A DNA stretch of 64,000 nucleotides, taken from NCBI RefSeq assembly GCF_006345805.1, contig NC_043026.1, forward strand, positions 7,564,001 through 7,628,000. The letters run 5' to 3'. The position numbers were made by a program, and so were the translations under genes. Of the stretch, positions 41,346-54,022 are shown in pieces (the stretch's first letter is position 1; each line of letters begins with the position of its first letter). The stretch is from Octopus sinensis (taxonomy: Eukaryota). A model generated the notes under the pieces. It was not told where the DNA came from. It ran no database searches and saw nothing but the letters and a program-made list of their open reading frames with translations.

Positions 41346-41956
41346 AATTGATAGATAAATAAAGGTACAGAAGAGACACTTGAGGAGTTTGCAAAACTAT
41401 AAAACCAGCTGCCATTTTTGTAAACGGGTTAATGGCTTTGGGGACGGTTCGTTAAGAATGACTCTAGATGGAAATAGGTCGGTAGAGAGAAAGAGAGAGA
41501 GAGAGAGAGGGGGGAATGATAGTGCGTGCGTGTGTGTATTTGAATGATGTCGGTGGGACGAGAGGTGCGAGTGTGTGTGTGTGTGAGAGACAGAGACAGA
41601 GGGGGGGGGAGACACGACGAGACACACAATAAAAGGTGTGTGAAATGTTGTGAGGGAGTGTGTATGTATGTATGTACGTACGTGTGTATATATATATGTA
41701 TGTATGCATATATTCTTTTATTATTTTATTATTTTACTTGCTTCAGCCATTTGACTGTGGCCATGCTGGAGTACCGCCTTTAGTCGAACAAATCAAACCA
41801 TAGAAGTGAATCTTTGTAAGCCTAGTACTTAATCTCTTTTGCCGAACCGTTAAGTTACGGGGACGTAAACACACCAACATCGGTTGTCATGTGATGATGG
41901 GGATATATATATATATTGATTAATCTACTACAAGATTATTCATCTTTCTATTTCAC

Positions 41957-41995
<39 letters not shown>

Positions 41996-41998
41996 ATA

Positions 41999-42044
<46 letters not shown>

Positions 42045-42782
42045 TATATATATGCATGTATATATATATATCTTCTACTATAGCCTCGGGCCGACCAATG
42101 CCTTGTGAGTGGATTTGGTAGACGGAAACTGAAAGAAGCCTGTCGTATTTATGCATATATATATATATATATATAGGAGATAAATAAAAATATATGCATA
42201 CATACAAACATATATGTACGTACCTACATCTACATGTATATACATGCATATATCAATAATTAACGGGAGTACAGGACATCACAATAAGACGTAGAAAAAA
42301 AAGCCAAAAAACAAAAAAACAAGAAAACGGAAAACGAAAAACAAAACAGGACGAGCTTCACAAGGACAAAACCCCCGTCATCAGCTGTCGCTAAAGGAGT
42401 CAGGCATGTTTCGAAGGCATAACAGAACACTAATCCAATAGGCCTTCCTGCGAGAGAATTAAAATAAAATTTCAAGCAGCAGGGCACAATGAGTACGAAC
42501 ACAGACAAGACGTAACAATAAGACTGCAAAATTAAAATACATGTACAAAACAAAACAAGAGGACGAACGAAAAAGCCTTTTTTCTGGCACGGAAAACAAT
42601 AATAAAATGCAAACAAAAAATAAAAATACATGTACAAAAAGTACAATTAGTTACAAAACGAGAAAATAACAAGAATACTATACAGGAAATCAACCACACC
42701 AGGGGACGGACGAACGAAGACAGAAGCCTTTTGCTGGCAAGGACGAAAGAGTGTAGTAGCAGCATATATATATTATATATAT

Positions 42783-42841
<59 letters not shown>

Positions 42842-42857
42842 TGTGTTGTATATGTTT

Positions 42858-43065
42858 GTGTGTCTGTGTTTGTCCCCCCAACATCGCTGACAACCAATGC
42901 TCTGTACCTTGCGTCGTTTACGTCCGTAACTTACCGGTTCGGCAAAAGAGACCGATAGAATAAGTACGAGGCTTACAAGGAATAAGTCCTGGGTTCGATT
43001 TGCTCGACTAAAGGCGGTGCTCCGGCACGGCCGCAGTCAAATGGCTGAAATAAGTGAAAGAGTAT
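42858..43065 (+). mobile_element. SINE family A, 3' half
   Basis: Matches the consensus tail. Confidence 0.8.
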
Positions 43066-43479
43066 ATATATTGACATGCACTCATACATATATATATATC
43101 TCAATGTATACACAGACACTAACACTCACACAATAAATATATATCTGTAAAAGTGTGTATATATGTGTGTGTGTATGTATGTACATATATATGTGTATAC
43201 ACAACAAATGAGAAACAGAAAATGGAATTCACGAGATTCTTTATTAATCACAACGATCGTTTCAACCCAACTTATATCGGTCCCTTGCGGCTGAGATTCT
43301 GTACAACTTGTTGTGGTGCATCCTTCGGCGTAGACGTATCTCTTCAGGTGACTTTTCAAAAGGTGCTTCGCTCCAAACCACGGAACCTGTAGGTAAACAG
43401 CTACAGGCAAATAACAACATGCTTTATAATTGAACTAAGCGAAATCGAGTGTATTGAGCATGGTATCTTTTCAAAAAGG

Positions 43480-43698
43480 CGACGAGCTGGCAGAAACGTT
43501 AGCATACCGGGCGAAGTGCGTAGCCGCATTTCGTCTGCCGTTACGTTGTGAGTTCACATTCCGCCGAGGTCGACTTTGCCTTTCATCCTTTCGGGGTCGA
43601 TAAATTAAGTACCAGTTACGCACTGGAGTCCATATAATTGACTTAATCCCTTTGTCTGTCCCCTCTATGTTTAGCCCCTTGTGGGCAATAAAGAAATA
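43480..43698 (+). mobile_element. SINE family C with 16-bp TSD
   Basis: TATCTTTTCAAAAAGG at 43464-43479 and 43699-43714. Confidence 0.92.
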
Positions 43699-44093
43699 TA
43701 TCTTTTCAAAAAGGTATCCTGACGAGACACATCTACACCGAAGGATGCACGACAATCAGTTGTACTGTATCTCACCCTCGAGCAACTGATGCAAGGAGGG
43801 TCAATCTTGTCGGTTTGGCTGCCAGCATCAATTCTGTTCGAATTGTATTTATATTCAGTGTAATGATACACTTTTATAGGCTAATCAATGACGTTAAAGA
43901 GTTATTAGTAATTAAAGTTTGAAAATTTTGGTAATTTTAGCCAATCGCAACCCACAGACACATTCATACCTGTTTCGATAGTAAGAAGCGGAACATGAGA
44001 ACTGTTGCCATAGTAACTGTCTTTGAAAAGTCTTTTATCTGCGAGGAAGCACGTGCTGACAAATTTGACGCTGTGTTCTGTGTTCTGTGTAAT

Positions 44094-44285
44094 TATGGCA
44101 GCAAGCTCCAGTCACTTCGCTTCTATTATGGAAGCACTGAAAACAGAGGAGGGTACTGCGTTGTACATGCAAGAGAAGGGTGTTACAGCCAAAGGAAAAT
44201 TATGTAAAAAGGGGCCGGTTGTGTGTAGGAAAAGATGTGGGGGGGGGGACAAGTACTGGCGATGCTCGCTGCTTAAATGTTTTTT
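44094..44285 (+). mobile_element. Possible N-terminal remnant of a Merlin/IS1595-like transposase
   Basis: MAASSSHFASIMEALKTEEGTALYMQEKG...LCKKG..C.KRCGGGDKYWRCSLLKC resembles the zinc-ribbon N-terminus of these transposases; judged from memory, no search run. Confidence 0.35.
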
Positions 44286-44291
44286 TTTTAA

Positions 44292-44525
44292 AGCATGGAA
44301 GGTGTTTGTAAGCCATTAAAGAAACACACAAAAGCCGTTCGATTCACTTCAACATCTAAGTTTAATTTGTCAAAATATTTTCGTCGCTTTAAGACCGCGA
44401 CCTCTTCACTGACAAAAATCCGTGCTGCATCTCAGCACGGATTTTGACAAATTAAACTTAAATGTTGAAGTGAATCGAACGGCTTTTGTGTGTTTCTTAA
44501 ATGGCTTATAAACACCTTCCACGCT
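44292..44525. repeat. Foldback element (about 85-bp inverted arms) enclosing a hammerhead-like fold
   Basis: AGCATGGAAGGTGTTT...TTTGTCAAAAT (44292-44376) versus ATTTTGACAAA...AAACACCTTCCACGCT (44441-44525); the right flank recurs at about 25663-25760. Confidence 0.85.
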
Positions 44526-44765
44526 GCAATTGTTTTCGTTCCAGCGCACGATCTCAGATCAGGTCACTTGCTATGCAAGTACATCTCCGTTTTTAAGCAT
44601 ATTTAAATTGTAATTGTGTTTATCGCATGTCACGTGTTGTTCATCGCGTTTGCATTAAACGTTTATTTACTCGTTTCTGAGGTGGTTGTGAGGTCTGCTA
44701 AAAACAACAGCTAAATAAGATTTTTTGGGGATAAATCTTTTAAATTAACATAAACATTTATTTAT

Positions 44766-44939
44766 AGAGGCGCAGGAGTGACTGTGTGGTAAGTAGCTTG
44801 CTTACCAACCACATGGTTCCGGGTTCAGTCCCACTGCGCGGCACCTTGGGCAAGTGTCTTCTACTATAGCCTCGGGCCGACCAAAGCCTTGTGAGTGGAT
44901 TTGGTGGACGGAAACTGAAAGAAGCCTGTCGTATATATG

Positions 44940-44999
<60 letters not shown>

Positions 45000-45215
45000 G
45001 TATATGTATATGTTTGCGTGTCTGTGTTTGTTCCCCAGCATCGCTTGACAACCAATACTGGGTGTTTGCGCCCCCGTAGTTAGCGGTTCGGCAAAAGAGA
45101 TCGATAGAATAAGTACTGGGCTTACAAACAATAAGTCCTGGGATCGATTTGCTCGACTAAAGGCGGTGCTCCGGCATGGCCGCAGTTAAATGATTGAAAC
45201 AAGTAAAAGAGAGAG
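44766..45215 (+). mobile_element. SINE family A, full length
   Basis: Matches the consensus. Confidence 0.9.
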
Positions 45216-45707
45216 TATATGAAAGAAAATTACCGGAGACATACCACGTGCTATTTTCAGGATGTTGGCAACAAAACTTGCAGTCACGCACAAAATGACG
45301 GCTTCCAAGTCTTTTTCCTGTTTGGGTGAAAACGATCAAACTTTAAACCCCTATAACTTCTTAAAAACATTTTTCTGGTAAAAATGAAATCGCTCCGGCA
45401 ATTCGGTTTGGGCAAGTGTATTACTGTGCCAAATTGAAAAAATTTTCAATAAACTTTAATTTTTGAAATGCTGGCAGCCTAAACCGATAAGATCCATCAT
45501 TGTGATTTCATAAAGTATCTCGTGAATTTCATTTTCGCCTACCCTCGTTTGTTATATACTCAGCGGACACTGAGGAACTCCTGAGGTAGATTCTGTAGCA
45601 TTTATATCAAAACTGCTGATGACATCAGGTAACCGCAAACGGCGAATGTGCTTTAATCGGCATTCTTCCAGGTGTATACCCAAGTTTTAAATAACTACTT
45701 ATATATA

Positions 45708-46112
45708 TACTCTTTTACTTGTTTCAGTTATTTGACTGCGGCCATGCTGGAGCACCGCCTTTAGTCGAGCAAATCGACTCCGGGACTTATTCTTTGTAAG
45801 CCCAGTACTTATTCTATCGGTCTCTTTTGCCGAACCGCTAAGTTACGGGGACCTAAACACACCAGCATAGGTTGTCAAGCAATGCTAGGGGGACAAACAC
45901 AGACACACAAACATATACACACACATACATATATATAATATATACGACAGGCTTCTTTTCGGTTTCCGTCTACCAAATCCACTCACAAGGCATTGGTCGG
46001 GCCGAGGCTATAGAAGAAGACACTTGCCCAAGATGCCACGCAGTGGGACTGAACCCGGAACCATGTGGTTGGTTAGCAAGCTACTTACCACACAGCCACT
46101 CCTGCGCCTATG
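45708..46112 (-). mobile_element. SINE family A, full length (a partial copy follows at about 46150-46350)
   Basis: Reverse complement of the consensus. Confidence 0.9.
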
Positions 46113-46394
46113 TATATGTATATGTATATGTTTATGTATGTTTATATATTCTTTTATTTGTTTCAGTGATTTGATTCCGACCACGCTGGAGCACCGCCCG
46201 CTCTAGTCGAACAAAGTGACCCCAGGACTTATTCTTTGTAAGACTCGTACTTATTCTATCGGTGTCTTTTGCTGAATTGCTAAGTTACAGGGACGTAAAC
46301 ACACCAACATCGGTTATCAAGCGATGGTGAGGGGGGAAACAGACACACAAATACACACACATATATCGTCGCATTGACCATGACAGAGAAAGTT

Positions 46395-46742
46395 GTCATG
46401 GCGACACCTGCTCAGAGTCCTACACAAAGTCACAGAGATTGTATGGAGAGGGTTGTATGAGCCACACACAAGTGTCTGATTGGTTCAGATGTGGTTCAAG
46501 ATGGCCGAAAAAATGTTGAGATTGACGAACGTTCTGGGAGACCCGTAACTAGCGGAACTGAGAAAAACATGGCAGATGTGTGTGGAGTTGTGAGGGGAAA
46601 TCATTGGATCACCATCCGCGAATTATCAGAGGATGTGCAGATTAGTTACGGTTCAGTTCAGTCCATTATCAGTGAAGATTTGGGCATGAGGCGCATGTCT
46701 GCCAAGTTTGTGCCAAAACTGCTTTTAGCTGACCAAAAACAC
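46395..46742 (+). mobile_element. mariner transposase remnant (HTH region)
   Basis: DERSGRPVTS...ITIRELSEDVQISYGSVQSIISEDLGMRRMSAKFVPKLL..DQK; KFVPKLL corresponds to the mariner WVPHEL linker. Confidence 0.85.
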
Positions 46743-47011
46743 ACATATATTTGTAGTACCTCATATACACAGGTATTATTAAACGTGGATTTTACCTTAT
46801 TTGCAAGATGTAGCTATGTCTAATTTTCGCCGAGGAAAGAAAAGGTAGGTTAACCTCCGTTTTTATTTCATTTTTATTTCGTATTTGTTTATTCGCAATT
46901 TTTTATTCGTTATTCGTAATTTTTACTCGTAATTTTTACTCGTAATTTTTACTCGTATTAGAGTACAAAAAAAATCGTATTCGATCTTACTTATAACTTT
47001 ATTTACTCTTT

Positions 47012-47049
<38 letters not shown>

Positions 47050-47249
47050 CGATAAGCTTCCTTCAGTTTCCACCTAGCAAATCCACTCATAAGGCTGTGG
47101 TCGGGCCGAGGCAATAGTAAAAGTAGCTACGGAGTGGGACTGAACCTGGAATCATGTGGTTGAGAAGCAAGCTTCTTACGACTCACCCACGCCTATATAC
47201 ATATACATATATATATATATATTATATATATGTATGTGTATACTCTTTT

Positions 47250-47642
47250 ATTCTTTTACTTGTTTCAGTCATTTGACTGCGGCCATGCTGGAGCACCACC
47301 TTTAATCGAGCAACTCGACCCCGGGACTTATTCTTTTGTAAGCCCAGTACTTATTCTATCGGTCTCTTTGGCCGAACCGCTAAGTAACTGGGGCATAAAC
47401 ACACCAGCATCGGTTGTCAAGCGATGCTAGGGGGACAAACACAGACACACAAACACATACACATACATACATATATATATATATACGACAGGCTTCTTTC
47501 AGTTTCCGTCTACCAAATCCACTCACAAGGCTTTGGTCAGCCCGAGGCTATAGTAGAAGACACTTGCCCAAGGTGCCACGCAGTGAGACTGAACCCGGAA
47601 CCATGTGGTTGGTAAACAAGCTACTTACCACACAGCCACTCA
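47250..47642 (-). mobile_element. SINE family A, full length
   Basis: Reverse complement of the consensus. Confidence 0.9.
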
Positions 47643-48168
47643 TATATATAAAGTATGTATGTATGTATGTATATGCATATGGATGGATGACACGTGAGAT
47701 AATGTAGTCCCAAGAACATTATACATGAATAATGGCTTTCATCAAAGGTCTGACTTCCCTAATTTTTCTCCACCTTTTTATTGTTGTTAATATTTTACTG
47801 TTTATTCTTGTTGCTATTGTTGTTGCTGTCTGTCTTTCCCACCGAATCCCAATTAGCTCTGTTCGGGCGTCCGTCCGTCCGTCCGTCCGTCCGTCCGTCC
47901 GTACATTAGACTGATCCTGGAGGATGGCCATTGATTACAGGCGAGAGAGGAGGGCTGAAAGTGTGAGAGGTAGATTAATGGTCGCGGGGACACAGTTATT
48001 GAGTGCAACAGGCAACACAGCCAACGGTAACAAACTGGCTATGTTATTGTAGATTAACTCCAGGTCTATCTGACTGTTTGTCTGTCTATCTCCCACTCTT
48101 TCTCTCTCTCTTTCTCCCTCTCTCTGTCATACACACACACAAACACACATACATACCCCTCCCATATA

Positions 48169-48242
<74 letters not shown>

Positions 48243-48389
48243 ACATATATATGTAGGTCCCGGGTTGAGTCGGGGTTAACCACAGTAAATAAGGTACTCA
48301 ATACATAGCAGAGTAAAATAAATATATACATATATATATATATATATACATACATACATACATATATATATACAAACAAGAAATTATAC

Positions 48390-48780
48390 CACCTAACAAA
48401 TATGAAGAAGAAGAAGAAGAAACAACAAAAGCTATAAAACAAATGAAATCCAAACTAAAACTAGAACAGCAAAGAACCATGATAAAACGATGGCAAGAAA
48501 AGCCCCTTCATGGCAAATACTGGACTAAACTAAATGCAAAAGAAATAGACAAAGAAAAATCCCAGCAATGGTTGAGAAGCTCAGGACTCAAAGCAGAAAC
48601 AGAGGGATTTTTAATTGCAGCACAAGACCAAAGCCTCCCCACCAGAAATTACCAAAAACATGTAATGAAAAGAAATATAACAAGTAACTGCAGAATATGT
48701 GGAGATGGACAAGAAACAATAAATCATATTATCACTGGCTGCCCAGTCCTGGCTAAGAAGAAATATATTCACAGACACGA
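48390..48780 (+). mobile_element. R4/Dong-like retrotransposon internal fragment (CCHC zinc knuckle)
   Basis: WQEKPLHGKY...SQQWLRSSGLKAETEGFLIAAQDQSLPTRNY...CRICGDGQETINHIITGCPVLA..YIHRHD. Confidence 0.88.
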
Positions 48781-49258
48781 CATGTATGTATGTACGTACG
48801 TAGGTACGTATGTATGTATGTATGTATGTATGTACGTACGTAAGTATATATACATGTACGTATAAAAATGTCTCATGATGAATTGACGTAGAAATCCAGA
48901 CGGACAAAGCGTCCTCAATCTTTAAGTTTAAAAAGTCTCCCATTATGAAGTCAGAGTTAAAGTTGTTTGTTTTCTTATCACACCCTTTCGTTCATTGAGT
49001 CCCACACGTCAATCTATTGTTTCTCACGACACACCTGAGTTTTTGCTTTTGTATTCCCATCCAGTGTTCACCTGAGGTTAAAAATTATTTGTTTTTAAAG
49101 TCTTTGTGCGCCTTTTTGGGAAAATATGTTTATATTTGTGTAAAAAATTCTAAATTTAACTCGCTTTTTACATATTTGATCCTATACTGAAACACATGCA
49201 CACACACACACACACGCACGCGCGCGCATATACACATACATACACACACACGCAGACA

Positions 49259-49568
49259 CATGTAACTGCAGAATATGTGGAAATGGACAAGAAACAATAA
49301 ATCTTATTATCTCTGGCTGCCCAGCCCTGGCTAAGAAGGAATATATTCACAGACACGAAAGAGTTGGGACCTACTTACACTGGAAGCTATGCCAACATTA
49401 TGGAATAACAACAGAAAAAAGATGGTATAGGCACACACCAGACAAGGTCACAGAAAACGAGAAAGCAACCATACTCTGGGATATGCCAATACACACAGAT
49501 AGAGAAATTAAAGCACATACCCAAGGCACACAGAGCTGCGCTCGGTAGCGAAGTGAAAGCATGCTATA
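49259..49568 (+). mobile_element. R4/Dong-like fragment with an internal deletion joining the ORF to the 3' UTR
   Basis: CRICGNGQETINLIISGCPALAKKEYIHRHERVGTYLHWKLC...ENEKATILWDMPIHTDREIK, then directly the UTR ACATACCCAAGGCACACAGAGCTG. Confidence 0.85.
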
Positions 49569-49683
49569 AAGGACTTTTCCTTTTTCTATGTTTCTGACGA
49601 AGAGCTCCGTCCGATAACACTATACTTGTTCCACGTCCTCACGTTGTTGTGTTTCCTCTTTGTTCATGTTGGGATTAACTATG

Positions 49684-49740
<57 letters not shown>

Positions 49741-49741
49741 A

Positions 49742-49773
<32 letters not shown>

Positions 49774-49796
49774 ATCTATATCTATCTATCTATCTA

Positions 49797-49846
<50 letters not shown>

Positions 49847-50563
49847 CACATACATATAATATACGCATGGATATGTCTGTGTATGTCATATGTATGAATG
49901 GATATATTTTATGTATATAAGTAGCTAAGTATTTATTATTCTTCAAATTAGCAATTTATCGATACACACGTACACACACACGTACACACACACACTCAAA
50001 GTACCGAATGTCTGTTCGTACTGTCCTTTCTTCTAATATATAAAATATTCACGAAAGAATGTAAAGAAAAAAAAAAGAAAGAGAAATAGACGGTCTGAAA
50101 CAAGACACAAACAACAAGACGAACAAACAACCACAAATAAATACATGTATGAACCAACAAAGAGAAAAGCGCATGTCGGGGCGTGAGGGAGAAAGAGAAA
50201 AGAAAGAATGATTGAAAGCAAGATGGCGGTTAATGGCCGGCAACGTTTGCCGTGTTGATACAAGCAACCCCAATATTAGGACTAGTGGTTGAGGAGATAA
50301 ACTGGATGAGAATTTGCTATTTAGGAAATATTAAATTAATTGTAACATGATTAATAGAGAATTGTCACGCAACATCAATCAAGAGTGGAGCGAGGTTGAC
50401 AAGGGAAACGGCTAAGGCTATTGTTGTCGTCTGCTGTGTAATGGCCGCTGTCGGTAGAAGGAGAAGATAGAAGAAGGCTTTTATTACATTTTTATTGATT
50501 GTTCCTTTATTTTGGCGTCCTATTACTTTATTTCTTGCTTAATTGTGTACGTGTGTGTATGCG

Positions 50564-50602
<39 letters not shown>

Positions 50603-51028
50603 GTGCACAAACACAAACTGACATATATGTATACGCACATCAATCTTTCCATCGATTGTGGTCACATTGCTTTCAGTTTCATTGCATGCATTGTACGTAT
50701 GTATCTCTCTCTCTCTCTCTTTCTATCTCTGTCTCTCTGTCTGTTTCTCTCTTTCTCTCCCTCTCTCTCTACACATTCATATGTATATGTAAGAAATAGA
50801 AGAATGTAATGTACAAAGTTTAGGAAGTGCTTCATAGATTTCATTATATATCGAATTACACCGAAACTAGAGCGATATAATATAATATAATGTGTGTTAT
50901 ATATATATATATATTATATATATATATATATATATTCATATATCACTCACTCTATACATACGCTCTCACAGACATATATACATACACATATATATGTATA
51001 TACATTTATATATATATATATGTATTAC

Positions 51029-51094
<66 letters not shown>

Positions 51095-51253
51095 ATATAT
51101 ATATGTATGTATGTATATATGTACGTATGTGTATACACACAGGCATACGCCACACACACATAAAAATACTTACATATATTGCTTCTGTTTGTTTACCTCG
51201 TCCGTCAGAAAACGCTGCATTGCGCTTTATAAAGGTCTTAAGGGACCACTTAC

Positions 51254-51393
51254 AGTGTCCCTTTCCTTTAAGGAACAGACGAAGGGAGTTGAGTTAAGAG
51301 CTGTAGAGCTTGTTTTCATTTTCAAAGTGATAAACAAACAATAATGTAAGAACGCAGAAAAAATGGCGTCCGTGGATGAAACAGCGATACTTT
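51254..51393 (-). CDS. TRABD2: Candidate upstream exon of TIKI (hydrophobic segment plus CSLK motif)
   Basis: Acceptor TTTCGTCTCTTTGCTGTAG|AA, donor GACACT|GTAAGT in phase 0, matching the acceptor at 26707. Encodes ...[42 protein letters not shown], joining to PSKLNSFLW (human TIKI1 as recalled: CELKPQ-QSELNSFLW). Confidence 0.55.
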
Positions 51394-51432
51394 CTACAGC
51401 AAAGAGACGAAAGTCAAGCAAAAGAAATTGTG

Positions 51433-51499
<67 letters not shown>

Positions 51500-51573
51500 T
51501 ATGTCTGTGTCTGTATGTACGTGCGTGTGTATCTTTGTATACTTCTGCACATGTATACACATACACACTCATA

Positions 51574-52303
51574 CATCAGGTCATCCCATAAGTTCTGTCC
51601 GATTTTACCTTTTTTTAAAAATTGAATGAAATTTAATAGTATTTTAGAATGTCTGATGGAATTAAAAACTATTTTTATGCATTTGTGTACATTTAAACTA
51701 ATTAAATATTATTTTACAAAATAATAGAATTAAAATTTCTTTGATTAAAACCCTTTCTAACATGGAAGTATCCAAAGAGCATTTAAGGCACATAATGCTT
51801 TATGAGTACAAAAAGGAAACTCTGCAGCCGAAGCGACTCGAAACATAACACTCAGTTTATGGGAAAGAATGCTTGAATGGAAGAACTTGCAGAAGATGGT
51901 TTGCAAAATTCAGGAGTGGAAATTTCAGCCCTGAAGATGAAGATCGAACAGGACGTCCAGTGGAGTTTCATGATAAGCTCCTTGAGGCATTACTTGAAGA
52001 AAATTCTGCATTATCAGTTGAAGAATTGGCAATAAAGCTTAGTTCAAACTTGGAAAGGTTCCTAAACTTGGAAAATGGGTGCCTCATGAATTGTCCGAAA
52101 GCAACCGCAAATCTCGAGTTGACATCTGCTCTTCTCTCCATTCTCTTGAACTCATTTCACCCTTTTTGGATAGACTTGTGACTGGTGACGAAAAATGGAT
52201 CTTCTATCAAAATGTTAAACATCGTAAACAGTGGCTTGGTAAAAGGGAAAACGCTCGACCACAACTGAGAAGGGAACTTCATGGGATAAAGGTTCTTCTC
52301 TCT
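51574..52303 (+). mobile_element. mariner (Mos1/Hsmar-like) element, 5' end and disrupted transposase
   Basis: TA then CATCAGGTCATCCCATAAGTTCTGTCCG; ATG 51762 MEVSKEHLRHIMLYEYKK, frameshift, RWFAKFRSGNFSPEDEDRTGRP, internal deletion, then WVPHELSE...LVTGDEKWIFY. Confidence 0.9.
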
Positions 52304-52450
52304 AAAATAGGCAGTATAAATGTACGTGGTTTGGGGTCGCCTTGGAAACAAGGCTACCTGTTAAACGACATCAAGTCACAAAATCTGCATATCATAGCCA
52401 TCAGTGAGACCAGACTCCACAGCCCGCGGACCTTCCAGCACACGTTCGAC
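52304..52450 (+). mobile_element. N-terminal fragment of a LINE apurinic endonuclease (L1/Tx1-like)
   Basis: [38 protein letters not shown] matches APE motifs (S/T-x-N-V-R-G-L and ET). Confidence 0.65.
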
Positions 52451-52623
52451 TGAAATTCTTCAAGGAGATGCCCCAGCTTGGCCGCAGTCCAACCACTGAA
52501 ACAATTAAAAAGAAGCATGCATGCATTTTTGTATGCGTGTATCTGTCTGTCTGTCTGTCTAACTCCATCTTCCCCTCTCTCTCTCTCTCTCCCTCTCTAT
52601 CTCTATCTATCTCTCTCTATCCA

Positions 52624-52662
<39 letters not shown>

Positions 52663-52994
52663 ATCTCTCTCTCTCTATCTATCTATCTGTGTGTGAGGCA
52701 ATCTTGTTATTTCACCAAAATGCCTGATACACTCCAGCTGGGCCGTGGTGAAGAGGGAGGGAAGTGTTGATAGACTGGACCAAGGTATACCACCGATTAT
52801 GTAACGTTCTTGTTCTTGTTGCTGTTGGTGATGATGGTGGTGCTGGTGGAGGGGCTGTGGTGGTGGTGGGGTCGATGGTAATGGTGGTGGTGATGGTTGT
52901 GATGGCGGTAGTGGTGGTGGTGGTGGTGATGGTGATAGTGGTGGTGGTGGAGTGTATCGTTTAACCCCAGGCCAGCCACATCCAATGCGTCCCA

Positions 52995-53210
52995 GTTGTG
53001 AATACCACCACGACTTCCATCACTCAACTACTACTAATACTATTACCACAACTACCACCACCACCACCGCCACTACTACTACTACTACAACTACTACTAC
53101 AACTACTACTACAACTACTACTACTACCACAACTACCACCACTACTACTACAACAACTACTACTACTACTACTACTATTACAACTACTACTGCTGCTGCT
53201 GCTGCTGCTG

Positions 53211-53244
<34 letters not shown>

Positions 53245-53474
53245 AACTACTACTACTACCACAACTACCACCACTACTACTACAACAACTACTACTACTA
53301 CTACTATTACAACTACTACTGCTGCTGCTGCTGCTACTACTACTACTACTACTACAACTACTACTACAACTACTACTACAACTACTACTACTACCACAAC
53401 TACCACCACTACTACTACAACAACTACTACTACTACTACTATTACAACTACTACTGCTGCTGCTGCTGCTGCTG

Positions 53475-53519
<45 letters not shown>

Positions 53520-53552
53520 TACTACCACGACGACGACCACCACCACCACCAC
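52995..53552. repeat. Compound (ACT/ACA/GCT)n array with a three-fold higher-order unit
   Basis: ACTACCACAACTACCACCACTACTACTACAACAACT...ATTACAACTACTACT(GCT)n recurs at about 53122, 53254 and 53392. Confidence 0.9.
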
Positions 53553-53955
53553 CTATACTATAAATGTATGAACGGGTTGTATGTTGTTGAGATTGCAGAA
53601 ATATGAACTGGTGTAATCCATCATGTTGGCACCGCCTCTTTGTCTCTCTCTCTCTCTCTCTCTTCCCCTCTCTCTCTTTCTCTCTCTTTGTCTCTCTCTC
53701 TCTCTTCCCCTCTCTCTCTCTCTCTTCCCCTCTCTCTCTCTTCCTCTCTCTCTCTCTCTCTCACACGCGCGCACACGAACACGCACTGATCATAGATCAT
53801 ATATATATATATGTGTGTTCATATATTCATATATGTATGTGTGTGTGTGTATATGCACATGCAGGCGGTGTATATACGAATGTATGAATACGTGAGCATG
53901 AAAGGTATACTTTCATACATACATTAATAACACGCTCACAAACACACGCTATATA

Positions 53956-54022
<67 letters not shown>

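Noticed and set aside
42370-42420. GAAAC...CTGATGA in permuted (type II-like) order on minus
   Set aside because: No U at position 16.1 and no stem II pairing; counted only as a relic, not called a ribozyme.
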